Part shown: one piece after another, positions 14,741 through 26,284 of the stretch
How positions within the stretch are numbered: position 1 is the first letter of the stretch
Layout of the letters: every line of letters starts with the position of its first letter
Notes under the pieces: model-generated
Databases searched by the model: none
Seen by the model: only the letters and a program-made list of their open reading frames with translations
What the model was told of the DNA's origin: nothing
Translations under genes and position numbers: made by a program
NCBI RefSeq assembly: GCF_009914755.1
Contig: NC_060926.1
Source: the human T2T-CHM13v2.0 reference genome, Homo sapiens
Length of the DNA stretch: 64,000 nt
Strand: one strand, 5' to 3'

Positions 14741-16939
14741 TCTAGAACATACGTGAATTAATTCAAGGTTCAAGCACATTAAGGCTGAAAGAGTTATGAC
14801 TGAAGAACAAGTTCAAGGAGGAAATCAAACAATAGCCAAATTTCACTGAGCTACTCCTTCCATTACTAATGATAACAAATATTTATAGATCCCTTAGTAT
14901 ATACTAGGCCTGATGCTTAGAACTTTATATGAACTGTTTCATTTAATCCTCACAGCAATCTTACAGGTAAGACCTCCACCCCCTTTCAGATGAGAAAACT
15001 GAAGCACAAAAGTGCAGTAACTTGCTATTATGACTTGTGAGCATATTTTCCCAGGCAATTATATGCACAGTATGATGTAGGTAAAGCAGCCCAATAATTT
15101 ATTCACTATATTTCTCCATGCTCATGGTAAGGACTGACTTGATCCCTGGTGGTCACCCACTTGTGCTCCCTCAGTGAGGGAAGGGCTGCAGAGCCCCTGG
15201 CCCGTGTCCTAGTGACTCAGGCTTGGGATCTCCAGCAGCTGCTATGGTTGACAATTTAGTTTAGTAAAATGTTAGATCCTACCCTGATAACTGTTATAAA
15301 AAATCCTCCTTCCCCTTCCCCAGCACAGGTACCCAGCCCAAGGGGCACTTTCTATGGAAAGATGAAAAGAACTGACATGGACTTGAGCTCACTGGGGGTG
15401 CAGGTTTCAAGAAAGAACAAAGAGAGCTGTTAGGTTGAAGAGACGCAGTTGAAGAGTTAAGTCTTGGAATTGTTAATACCTGGAACAAGGCACGGTGTGA
15501 AAAGACAAAGAAACACACAAACATCAATCTGTCCTCCTCTTTTCTCTTTCTGTTTCATTTCTTATCCTCCATCAGTCAGACTTTGCTTCCTCTTTCTCCT
15601 CCTTCACCTCCTCCTCCCTGCCCTTCCCAATTTCTTTCTATCTTCCATTTATTGTTCTTCCAAAATTCGTATACTCATCCTCTCTTCTCCCTTTCTCTTT
15701 TCTCCAAAATAATATGTTCAACTTACTGACTTGCTCAGGGACTTGTGGGGGCGAATGTATTAGCACCAAACCTAGGAAACATGGCGAATTCTAAAAACTT
15801 GTTCTCATAGAAAAAAGAGTTAAAAATAGAAAGCTACAGTCCAGTTTTGAAGCCACAGAAGACCTCACTCTGATGTATAGACATTAGAGTCAGAAAAAGA
15901 CTTTGAAAAGACCAGTGAAGCTCCTTGTCCCACAGACAGTGTGAGGGAGGGACAAGGGGAATTGTGTGCCCAAGCGTACTTGGGATGGTGTAGGTGGCTG
16001 ATAAGAGTGTCAGTGGAGGTGGTGGTTAGCATTTGGAGTGCCCCAATCTTGTGACACTAAACATTTATTGTTATACTAACCCCACTGCCAACTACCAGGA
16101 AGTTTTCATTTTTCTTACTGTGTCTTAGTCTCCATGGCATCCATAAACTGTTTTCCCCCAATGTCCAGGCATCATTCCTCTCCCACAGTTGATGTCTGGC
16201 TCTGTGCCATGGGTGTGGGCCTGCCTCTTCTCTCTCAGAATGACTGCTGTTTCATGCTTGGTGAGCCACGCAGTATGCCAAGCTGCTGTCTCTGACCTGG
16301 AGAAAGGATACCCATCCTACCACAGGTGGGGCATATCATGGGATGGCCTTCCTGGTTTTCCTTGGCAGACACATTTTTCTCACTTTTTTTTTTCTCTCCT
16401 CCCTTCTCTTTTTCCCTCCCTCTTTGATTTCTTCTCTTTTCCTTTTCTTTCTCTTGCCTCACTTCTGCCCTAGATCTACCATGGGACCCAGGGAGCTTTG
16501 GAGCCATGCAACCCACAGTGTGCTAAGCTTTTTACTCATGCTATCTCTTTTAATCTTCACAATTCTTTACCTATCAGGCATTACCATCAGATCTGCACCT
16601 TACAGGTGAGAAAGGGAGGCCCACACCGATTAAGAAATGTGCTCAGGGCCACACAGCCTGTACATGTCAGAGTAAGGGCATTCTCATGCCAAGGTTCATT
16701 TTCAGAGCCAAAAGCATACCACGTCTCAGGAGAAGCAGGCTAGATCTCTTGTCTGCTTGGCTTTTAACTCATGCTGACCTGAACTTTCTGGATTTGAGTA
16801 ACTCTCAGACCTGTGGAGCCCGATTTCTGTGAGTGGATTTTGCCAGCCACCTGGGGAGGTGAACCCTTGCTGGGGTATGGCTCATCAGTGTAGAAGGGAG
16901 TTCCTTCAGAGGTACGCTGTCTTCTCGGCCATCCCCATT

Positions 16940-18210
16940 GTAGTAGTTTCTTGGGTCTGCCCTAACAAAGTACCACAAACTAAGAGCCGTAAAACAACAG
17001 AAGTTTATTCTGTCATAGGTCTGGAGACAGAAATCTGAATTCAAGGCACAGGCAGAGTTAGTGTCTTCTGCAGGTTCTCGGGGAGAAACCATCCCACACC
17101 TCTCCAGCTTCTGGTGGCTCCTAGCAATCCTTGGTGCTCTTTGGCTCTCAGCTGCATCCCTCTGGTCTCTGCCTCCTTGGTCACGTGGCTTTCTTCCTAT
17201 GTGTCACTGCATCTCCAATCTCCTTCTTCTTATAAGGACACCAGTCATTGGATTTAGGGCCCACTCGGATCCAGCATAAAAAAAAAGTTTAAAAAAATTA
17301 TTTGGAAATAATTATAGATTCACAGAAAGTAGCAAAGACAGGATATAAAGCACAGAGGTCTGATGTGTCCTGCACCCAGTTTCTCCTGTTGGTTACTTCT
17401 TACGTAATTACAGTACGATATTAAAACCAAGAATTTGACATTGATAAAATAAGTGTGTACAGTTCTATGTCATTTTATCACATGTCTAGATGCCTGCAAC
17501 TACCACTGCAATCAAGATACAGATTTATCCCATGATCACAAAGATCTCCCTTTATAGTTTCGCCTACTCTTCTTTCCCCACCACCCTAACCCCTGGCAAC
17601 CAGAATCTGTTCTCTATCCCTATAATTTTGTCACTTCAACAATGTTACATAAAAGGAATCACATGGTATGTGACCCTTTCAGATTGGCTTTTTTCACTCA
17701 GTAGAAAGTCCTTCAGAATCACTCCAGTTCTCTGTATCAACACTTCGTTCCTTTTTATTGCCTCATAGCATTCTATGGCATGGATATATTACAATTTGTT
17801 AGGCTAGTTGCCTATTGAGGGATGGGTTGGCTCTTTCTAGCTTTGGCTACAACAAATAAAGCTGCTGTGAACAATCATGTATGGGTTCTGTGTGGACATA
17901 AGTTTTTATTTCCTGGGGGTAAATTCCCAAGGAGTACAATTCCTGGGTCATATGGTAGGTGTCTTTTGTTTAGTTTTTCAAGAAACTGACAACTATTTTC
18001 TAGAGTAGCTATACCCTTTTATATTCCCACCAGCAATATATGAATGATCCATTTTCACCGCATCCTCACAAACATTTCAGTATGACCTAATTTTGACTTG
18101 ATTACCTCTGCAAAGACCCTATTTCCAAATAAAGTCACATTTATGTGACCCATTTATGAGTACCAAGAGCAAGGAGTTGAGCATACCTTTTTGAAGGACA
18201 CAATTCCACC
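16940..18210 (-). mobile_element. MLT1 (MaLR) LTR split by an inserted L1M 3' fragment (~17290-18080)
   Basis: MLT1-type start ccctaacaaagtaccacaaact...aacagaagtttattctgtc stops at ~17280 and resumes at ~18080 (tatgacct...ctctgcaaagaccctatttccaaataaagtcacatt). The intervening sequence is L1 3'-end-like. Confidence 0.7.
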
Positions 18211-20187
18211 TGCAGCACCTGTCTTCACTTGCTTAGGTTATGGGTGGGTTTCACTTCAGAGTGTTATCTTCTGAGAAGAAGGTTTGAATTCATAACTGGA
18301 TTATGCCTGCCTTTGATTGTTCAATTTGGCCCCCAGGGATGAGTGAGCAAGTTCATGTCATTGGAAGGGACATTACTGAGTCTCACCCCTACTCAAACCT
18401 CCAAAGTTTGAAAGATTTGATACTCATCAACATTCTCAAGAGGCAGAAGGGCAAGGTGCTTCCTTATGTAGTTTCTCCATGACTGTCCTTCCCCACTTTC
18501 CCAGTACTGACTGGAAAGAAAAACAAAGCAGGACAAAGGGATTGTCAGTCATTTGAGGGAAGGGATGCTGTGTTAGTTACTCCTGAACCCCTTCAGAGTG
18601 TAGGCAGAGAGAGGTACTTAGAAAGGTGTGTTGGATGGATGAGTAGCTGAGAGGGGCAGGGCCAGAGTGCCCCATAGAATGAGGAAGAGTCCTCATTTAC
18701 ATGTGCCCTTCCCCCTTCCCAAACATGTGAGTGTTCATACATGGGTTTCCAGTGTCTGGGCAAGGTTAATTCTGTCCTCTGTCCCCTTGCTGAAGGTCTG
18801 TTTCATTTAATTTCTATGTATGTGTGCTCCTAGCTAGCCAAACAGGGCACAGATGCCAGGAAAATAGCAGGCCTGTTGTTTTGTTGAGCACCTTGAGCCC
18901 TGGAAGGCAGACTCATTCAGGGCTCAAGAGGGCAGGATTAGGCAGGTAGCTATTTGATCCCAGGCCCCCCCACTTACCAGCTGCGTGGTCTTGACCTATT
19001 ACTTATTCCTCTTCTATCTATTAACTGGGTATAAGATGTTCTTTATGTGAAGTTATTTTGAAGCATAATGTGTATACAGAACAGTGCACAGATCATAACT
19101 GCACAACCCCACACGAGGAACAGAACATTACCAAGACCCCAGAAGCCCCTTCTTGTCTTCTCCCAGGCACTAACTCGCCCACCCCCAGCTAAGAGTAATT
19201 TCCATCCAAATTTCTAACTTTATTTTTACCTGGTTTTGAACTTTATATGGATGAAAACATACAGAACATATCTTTTGCATTGAGTTTCTCTTATGTAACA
19301 TTATTTTTATGAGATTCATCTGTGTGAGTAGGTATAGTTGTAGCTTGTTAATTCTCCTCATTGGGTATTCTAATGTATAAACATACCACAGTTTAATAAC
19401 TCATTCTATTGTTGGACAATCGGGCTATTTCCAATTTTTGGCTTTTGTAAATAAAGCTGCTTTGAACATTCTTGCATAGTTTTTTGGTGGGTGGGGACAC
19501 TCAGTCATCTAGAAGTGGGATTGCTGAGTTATAGAATATATTTGTCTCTCAGCTTTATAGAACCTTTGCAACATTTTAATGAATGTTTTTAATCTCACAG
19601 TATAGTGTGGATTAAATTAGGTTGTGGAAAGTACTCAATACGGCCCTTGGCAGACAGGAGTCCCTCAGTACCTGTTTAAAAATGTAAATAAGGCATGACA
19701 TTCCATTAAGTCTAAGTACCATGATGAACTTAAACATTTCCCTATTGTTTGTTTATTTAATTGCTTTTATTGTGTTGTTATTTTATATCATGTTGCAATG
19801 AATGATTCTCTTTATAGCAGGTTTCTTCTTTTGAAAAATTTGCTTTGGTTGATTCTCAGGGAATTGAATCAAAGGATATATGACTGTAAGACCTGTCACC
19901 CTTAAAAAGGACTATGAGGGCTTGCTGAGGAGGGGAAAACAAGGAAGCAAGTCTCTCCTACCATGGCCCAGGGGACTGTGAGGACAGAAGGCTTGTGGGT
20001 TTGAGGGAGGACTGTCTTGCAGAGGATGATAGGGTAAAATAGAATGAAGGATGATTTTTATAAATGGTTATGCGCCTTAGGATGACTACATATTTAGTCC
20101 CTTATAAGAGAAATTGAGTAGTTGGTAAAACAACAGATAATAATTATTAAATGAGGAAAGAGAGAAACCACAGGTGCAAAGATTCAC

Positions 20188-20197
20188 TTTATTTATT
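20188..20197 (-). terminator. IGKC polyadenylation signal (overlapping AATAAA x2)
   Basis: Minus strand AATAAATAAA ~175 nt after the IGKC stop codon. Confidence 0.9.
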
Positions 20198-20369
20198 CAT
20201 TCTCCTCCAACATTAGCATAATTAAAGCCAAGGAGGAGGAGGGGGGTGAGGTGAAAGATGAGCTGGAGGACCGCAATAGGGGTAGGTCCCCTGTGGAAAA
20301 AGGGTCAGAGGCCAAAGGATGGGAGGGGGTCAGGCTGGAACTGAGGAGCAGGTGGGGGCACTTCTCCCT

Positions 20370-20720
<351 letters not shown>

Positions 20721-21269
20721 TTAAGTAACAAAGTTCTGCCCTTGGGTGTGTTGTTTGCGGATAATCACAGGGCATGTTAGGGACAGACAGAAAACAGCAT
20801 GCTTATCCCAGATAATTATAGCAAGGAGACCAAGAAGCGTATTTAAAATCTTGATGTTTTGAGTTTCTTCCTAGCTTCCCCCTATTCCTTAATAAAGTTC
20901 TAAATTGTTTTGTTGGAGCTCTTTGCAGCCATTCTGAGGGCTTTGCATGCTTTTCTGACCTTGCAGTAAACTCAATGCTTTAGGCAAAGAATGGCCACGT
21001 CATCCGACCCCCTCAGAGTTTAGAATTCAGAACAGGTCTGAAGAAGACCAGGCAGCGGCTGAGTCAAGGAAAGCCTCCGTCCGCTTTTATTTCCCCTGTG
21101 CCTCTTCCAGGACTGTGCTGGGATAACAGGCTCCCGGGGGTTACTTTGGCTGGGCTGGGCTAAAACCTCCCTGCAGAGCAGGCCCTGAGCCCTGCCTCTG
21201 CGCCTGGGTGGTGTCAGCCCCTCCACCTTCTGACTGTTCCAGCAACTCTCTAAGCCCTCCCAAAGGCCT

Positions 21270-21510
21270 CAAGGCCTGTAACCATATGCAGCAATTTTCA
21301 GCCATACCAGGAGAGGTCAACTGTAATCTTGGCCACCTGCCTAAGAGGAAGTGGCTAGCTTCACTTCTGACCCTCAGCAACTGCCAGGTGGCCTCTTGGA
21401 AATCCCCCTCTGGGGGATTCCACCCGTTGGGTGGGAGAGCAGTAGTTAAAATGTAAAATAAGAATCTTTTGCTGGGAGAAGTCAACAGATAGGGAGAAGT
21501 CAGCTGATAA
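21270..21510 (-). promoter_or_regulatory. Ig kappa intronic enhancer (iEk)
   Basis: kB site GGGGATTTCC on minus (21398-21407), kE2-type GGCAGGTGG on minus (E-box 21334-21339), further E-boxes at 21283-21288, 21385-21390 and 21501-21506. It lies ~700 bp upstream of the C exon. Confidence 0.93.
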
Positions 21511-21519
21511 CAGAAATAG

Positions 21520-22520
21520 TTTTTTTTTTTTTTAAAACTAACTTCACTGTTAACCAAGCAGTTCAACATGAAAGACTGAATCTCTTATGTTTAATATTTT
21601 CTTCTCTTTTAATCTTCATAACTAATTTTTTTCAGATAATTGTATAAAATAACCATGGTAGCAAAATAATGTGATCACTGGAAAATAAGCAGGGAAAAAC
21701 ATGCTATGAAGATACTCCTATCTGGGTGAATTCTTGATAGCTTTACATTTTTCATCTGGCATTTAAACATTAAACAGTTAATGTATTTGACATGAAAATT
21801 ATTTCAAGTTATCTTATTAGTTTTAATAGAGTTTAAAAAGTGTTTAAAAGAGTTTTCAAAAGGCTCTAAAATCATTTTGAAATAGTTTAAAACAGTTTTG
21901 AATCGTTGTAAGTTAGTTTTAATAGAGCTTTAAAAAGGCCCTAAAATAGTCCTATCAAGTTGTTGCAGACCAAAATAATCTCCTTAAATATCACTTTTGA
22001 GATCAGCTGGGGTAAACGACAGCAACACAATGACAAATCATTAAACTATTTTAGAGATTATGAAATTAAAATACTCAGATTAAAATTTTCCTATCACAGA
22101 ATTAAGGTACTGGAAAATATGTTTAAGTTTTTATTAATCACATTGCTATAGGTTTAGATATTTTGTACAACTGAAATAAAATCACACACTGGCAGCTACA
22201 TTTTTGAAAGTTAAAAACATGGTCACGAATATATCTTATTTTAAAATCAGTTAATATACCTTAATGGTATTTAATGCCAAATTCAAAGTGAATTGATCAA
22301 GCCCTCAGTGGCCAGGTCATGGGTGTGATTTTTACTCTGAAAGAATTACATATTTCTTTCTTTTTGGTTGAGCTTTTGTTATTTAAATACATTTGATGAG
22401 AGGATATTGAAATAATTAAATAGCACTGAAAAAAAAAAAGCTTTAAATTATTTACAATCCCCTAATGGAAATTTTCACTAATGAGATATCATAATGAATG
22501 TGAATTTTATTTCTGAAATC
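21520..22520. promoter_or_regulatory. AT-rich matrix attachment region adjoining iEk
   Basis: Strongly AT-rich segment with A/T tracts directly on the J side of iEk, where the kappa intronic MAR is known to lie; limits approximate. Confidence 0.6.
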
Positions 22521-22606
22521 TCTAATAAATCAGTCTTCTCCCTGGTTTTCCCAGCTCAGCGCCCATTACGTTTCTGTTCTCTTTCCCTTAGTGGCATTAT
22601 TTGTAT

Positions 22607-22613
22607 CACTGTG
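22607..22613 (-). other. J-C intron RSS heptamer (partner of the kappa deleting element)
   Basis: Minus strand CACAGTG followed by atacaaataatg and no consensus nonamer. The neighbouring minus-strand CGTGGCACCGCGAGCTGTAGAC (22749-22770) matches my recollection of the intron primer used in intron-Kde clonality PCR. Confidence 0.88.
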
Positions 22614-23575
22614 CATCAGGAAAGCTGGCTACGGCAGCATCAATCGGGCAGACACAGGGTGGCCACGGCCACTAGCGGCAAGGCGGCTGCCCCAAGAGCG
22701 CGGTGGCATGGCCACCAAAGCCACTCAATCGAGAAAGACCGCGGCTCTGTCTACAGCTCGCGGTGCCACGGCCTTCTTGGCAGAATAAAAATGTAGACAA
22801 GTAATAACAGAGGATAATGAAAGAACATACTCTTTAAAATATTTCCTATTTTTTTCACAGACCCACGGTCATTAAAAAATGCAATTATTTACTTTTTTTC
22901 ATTTAAACACATTTCTTTGAGATTGAGCTTTTGGGAATAACCACCTTTCCACCATTACAATAAGAGATAATTTCACGTTTAGTCTAATGTACAAATTGGA
23001 TTTTTAAAAAATGAGCTCTATCTGTGAAGCCCTTATTCCTATAGAATGTGTCTTTTTGAGTTTATTACTTATTACAGACTCTAAAAACAACATTGCTGCT
23101 GATTTTCAAGTAAGCTGCCTCTTCTACATAGCAAATAGGTACACTTCACTTTTCCCTGATTTTTCTTAGGGCGTGCTATTGATTTTTATTGTTGTCTGAC
23201 AAAATAATTTATCAAACAAAAGGGAGAAAGACTAAAAAATGTATTTTTCCACTTTTCTGTATCATGCATAATCAGCAACAACCAATACAATATTTGGCAA
23301 GAGTGAACAAAAATAAATTTACTTTTGCTCCTTAGAAATACAAGGGTTCCTTTTTAGTTACACTTTTTTTTTTTACTTTGTGTCATTCAGTTTAGAGCAA
23401 TTTAATCTTTTTTTCTCCAAATCCATTTTTGAAGCTGAGTTTAACTTTTGCAACCCATGGCAAATCTTAAATGCCCTCATTTACCAATCTTTACCAAACT
23501 CCTATTTAAGCCTCTAAAAGTCAATACTGGCCATCAGACCCAAATTTCAGAAGACAATAGTGAAAAATTACTTAC

Positions 23576-23613
23576 GTTTAATCTCCAGTCGTGTCCCTTG
23601 GCCGAAGGTGATC
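23576..23613 (-). CDS. IGKJ5: Ig kappa joining segment 5 (ITFGQGTRLEIK)
   Basis: GATCACCTTCGGCCAAGGGACACGACTGGAGATTAAAC then GTAAGT donor; FGxG motif. Confidence 0.98.
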
Positions 23614-23652
23614 CACAGTGTTAACTTAATTACTTTCCCCTTAACAAAAATC
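23614..23652 (-). other. IGKJ5 23-RSS
   Basis: Plus strand CACAGTG (23614-23620), 23-nt spacer, ACAAAAATC (23644-23652). Confidence 0.96.
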
Positions 23653-23893
23653 TCTTTTCGCTGTTAATATCACTAACCTGACCGATGCAGAGAAAATCTT
23701 GCAATTGAGATGCCTCACTTAACTGGCTAGCGCTTGGCTGTTCCTTAAGATGAACTAATTTTCTATCCCTTACTCATCTGACTTTTTGAAAGAATCTGGT
23801 ACTCTTTGGAATTGACCTGAGCTAATATCTCAAACACAAAAACGCTCCAAATTTAAAACCTTATAAGAAAAAGCATTAGGAAAGTGCACTTAC

Positions 23894-23931
23894 GTTTGAT
23901 CTCCACCTTGGTCCCTCCGCCGAAAGTGAGC
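23894..23931 (-). CDS. IGKJ4: Ig kappa joining segment 4 (LTFGGGTKVEIK)
   Basis: GCTCACTTTCGGCGGAGGGACCAAGGTGGAGATCAAAC then GTAAGT donor. Confidence 0.98.
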
Positions 23932-23970
23932 CACAGTGAGGGATCTCACCCTTTCCCCTCAACAAAAACC
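23932..23970 (-). other. IGKJ4 23-RSS
   Basis: CACAGTG, 23-nt spacer, ACAAAAACC (consensus). Confidence 0.97.
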
Positions 23971-24228
23971 TCTCTTGAAGCCAATCATATGAGATAGGCT
24001 GCTTGTTCAGAGAAAAATCTAGCTATTTCTTCCCCATTTCCCCCATGAATCCTATTCTCCTCTCAAACCCAATGATTCGTCTATTTGCTCAGCTTTTTAA
24101 GTTCATTTTCTGGTGTCCTGCTATTTACTTCTGGGTCACCAGGTTTATTCAACCAAAATATCACAAAACTTGCACAAATGATACAATGGCACTAAAATCT
24201 CACGAATAATTGAGACAGATGTACTTAC

Positions 24229-24266
24229 GTTTGATATCCACTTTGGTCCCAGGGCCGAAAGTGAAT
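24229..24266 (-). CDS. IGKJ3: Ig kappa joining segment 3 (FTFGPGTKVDIK)
   Basis: ATTCACTTTCGGCCCTGGGACCAAAGTGGATATCAAAC then GTAAGT donor. Confidence 0.98.
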
Positions 24267-24304
24267 CACAGTGATTCGTCTTAACTTTTCCCTTTACAAA
24301 AACC
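24267..24304 (-). other. IGKJ3 RSS (22-nt spacer)
   Basis: CACAGTG (24267-24273), 22-nt spacer, ACAAAAACC (24296-24304). Confidence 0.95.
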
Positions 24305-24532
24305 TCCCTGAAAGCTCAGCAAGCCTCTTTCCCCCAATGAAGTTATTTTGATTTAGAAATCTTAAAAATTAGCCACAAGCTAGCGTCCTGTGGAACAATT
24401 TCCCTTCCTCTGTACCTAACCTGGGAATGAAGTTTGTTAGATCCCTGGCATCCGACTAATGAAAATCCACACAAAGGAACACAAAGTAAACTAATTAGCA
24501 ACAGTGAAGAATCAGTGGAAAAAAGTACTTAC

Positions 24533-24571
24533 GTTTGATCTCCAGCTTGGTCCCCTGGCCAAAAGTGTACA
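24533..24571 (-). CDS. IGKJ2: Ig kappa joining segment 2 (YTFGQGTKLEIK, *01-like)
   Basis: TGTACACTTTTGGCCAGGGGACCAAGCTGGAGATCAAAC then GTAAGT donor. Confidence 0.98.
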
Positions 24572-24610
24572 CACAATGGTTCCTCTTAACTTCCCTCCTA
24601 TACAAAAACT
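24572..24610 (-). other. IGKJ2 23-RSS
   Basis: Variant heptamer CACAATG, 23-nt spacer, ACAAAAACT. Confidence 0.95.
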
Positions 24611-24893
24611 CCCTTTCTGACAATTGACCAAGGCTCTGTCCAGAACATGTTATGTTCCCCAGGACATTTCTGAAGCTATTACTTAGACAAGTTATTCTCA
24701 CCCAATGACTGAATCTTGCTTGCTCTTCAAAGAAAATGTGCAATCAATTCTCGAGTTTGACTACAGACTTATCTTTATCTTTTCCCTGAAGGATATCAGA
24801 GGCTGATTGCAGAGTCACCTTATAGATCACTTCATAGACACAGGGAACAGAAGACACAGACAACTGAGGAAGCAAAGTTTAAATTCTACTCAC

Positions 24894-24931
24894 GTTTGAT
24901 TTCCACCTTGGTCCCTTGGCCGAACGTCCAC
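24894..24931 (-). CDS. IGKJ1: Ig kappa joining segment 1 (WTFGQGTKVEIK)
   Basis: GTGGACGTTCGGCCAAGGGACCAAGGTGGAAATCAAAC then GTGAGT donor. Confidence 0.98.
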
Positions 24932-24970
24932 CACAGTGAGAGCTCTCCATTGTCTTGCTGAACAAAAACC
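24932..24970 (-). other. IGKJ1 23-RSS
   Basis: CACAGTG, 23-nt spacer, ACAAAAACC (consensus). Confidence 0.97.
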
Positions 24971-25923
24971 CTTCTCACCAAAGGGGAACAGAGTCCTGGG
25001 TCAGCTGCTGAAGCTCAACTCCCTTTTCGAGCAGGTGTGGAAACCCTGAGGCTTCTCTGACATAGCATGTGTTTATTTTCTTAGGTGAGACCTAAAATCC
25101 AAGAAGAGAATATATTTACGTCTATGGCCTGATGGTTCCTTTCTTTAGCAACTTGCCACATCTGGACTGCTTATTATTTATTTATTTTTTAGAAAGTAGA
25201 CTGAATGTTAATTACAAAGAAAAACAAGCAATTAAAAAAAATGGCCAGTTTTTTTGTACTTTCTTTTGGGGTGGGCTGGGGGGGCTTTTGCAAAGGATAA
25301 ACTTCATTTAGTGTAATTATGGAAATCATCAGCTTCTCAATGAGTAATAATTACAGGTTGTCTTACTATTTTATCTTCTCCTTTGCTGCAATGTTATTTA
25401 AAAAAAGGTAGACTAAATATATATCAACTTAAGGCTCATAACTTTGAAATGCATTTTGAAATGTAGCTCCAGATGGTATACGAAACCAAAGTGAAGACTA
25501 ATAGAGTAGAAAAGTAGACTTTACTTGGTTGGTTTGTCTGTTTTCACAGCACAGGAAGAGCTCAGCTCTTACTGAGCTGGACCAGGCGCATGCCATCTTT
25601 GGAGCTGCCATGGAGTCCCAGTGTTCCATAGTGTTTCCATAGTAATCTCATCAACAACACTGAAGACCTTTTCAGTATTTTCTTTTGAGTCCAGCTCCAT
25701 TTTTGCAGCCTTGTATCTCTCTTAACCTTCCATCTCCACCCCTTCCATACATTACTCCCACCTCCCTACACTCCTTAGAGTTTTTCTATGGCCTCCAGCT
25801 TTCACAAGCACTCCCTCTGCTTGGGAACATCTTTGTCCACCTGGGTTAGCTTGTGAACTGCTAATTGTCTTTCAAAATTCAACTGAAGAGAGACCTTCTC
25901 TCAGATTAGCCCTGAGCAGGTGA

Positions 25924-26284
<361 letters not shown>

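Noticed and set aside
23576-24970. Regularly spaced similar units resembling a CRISPR-like array
   Set aside because: These are the five IGKJ segments with RSSs at ~300-360 bp spacing in eukaryotic DNA.
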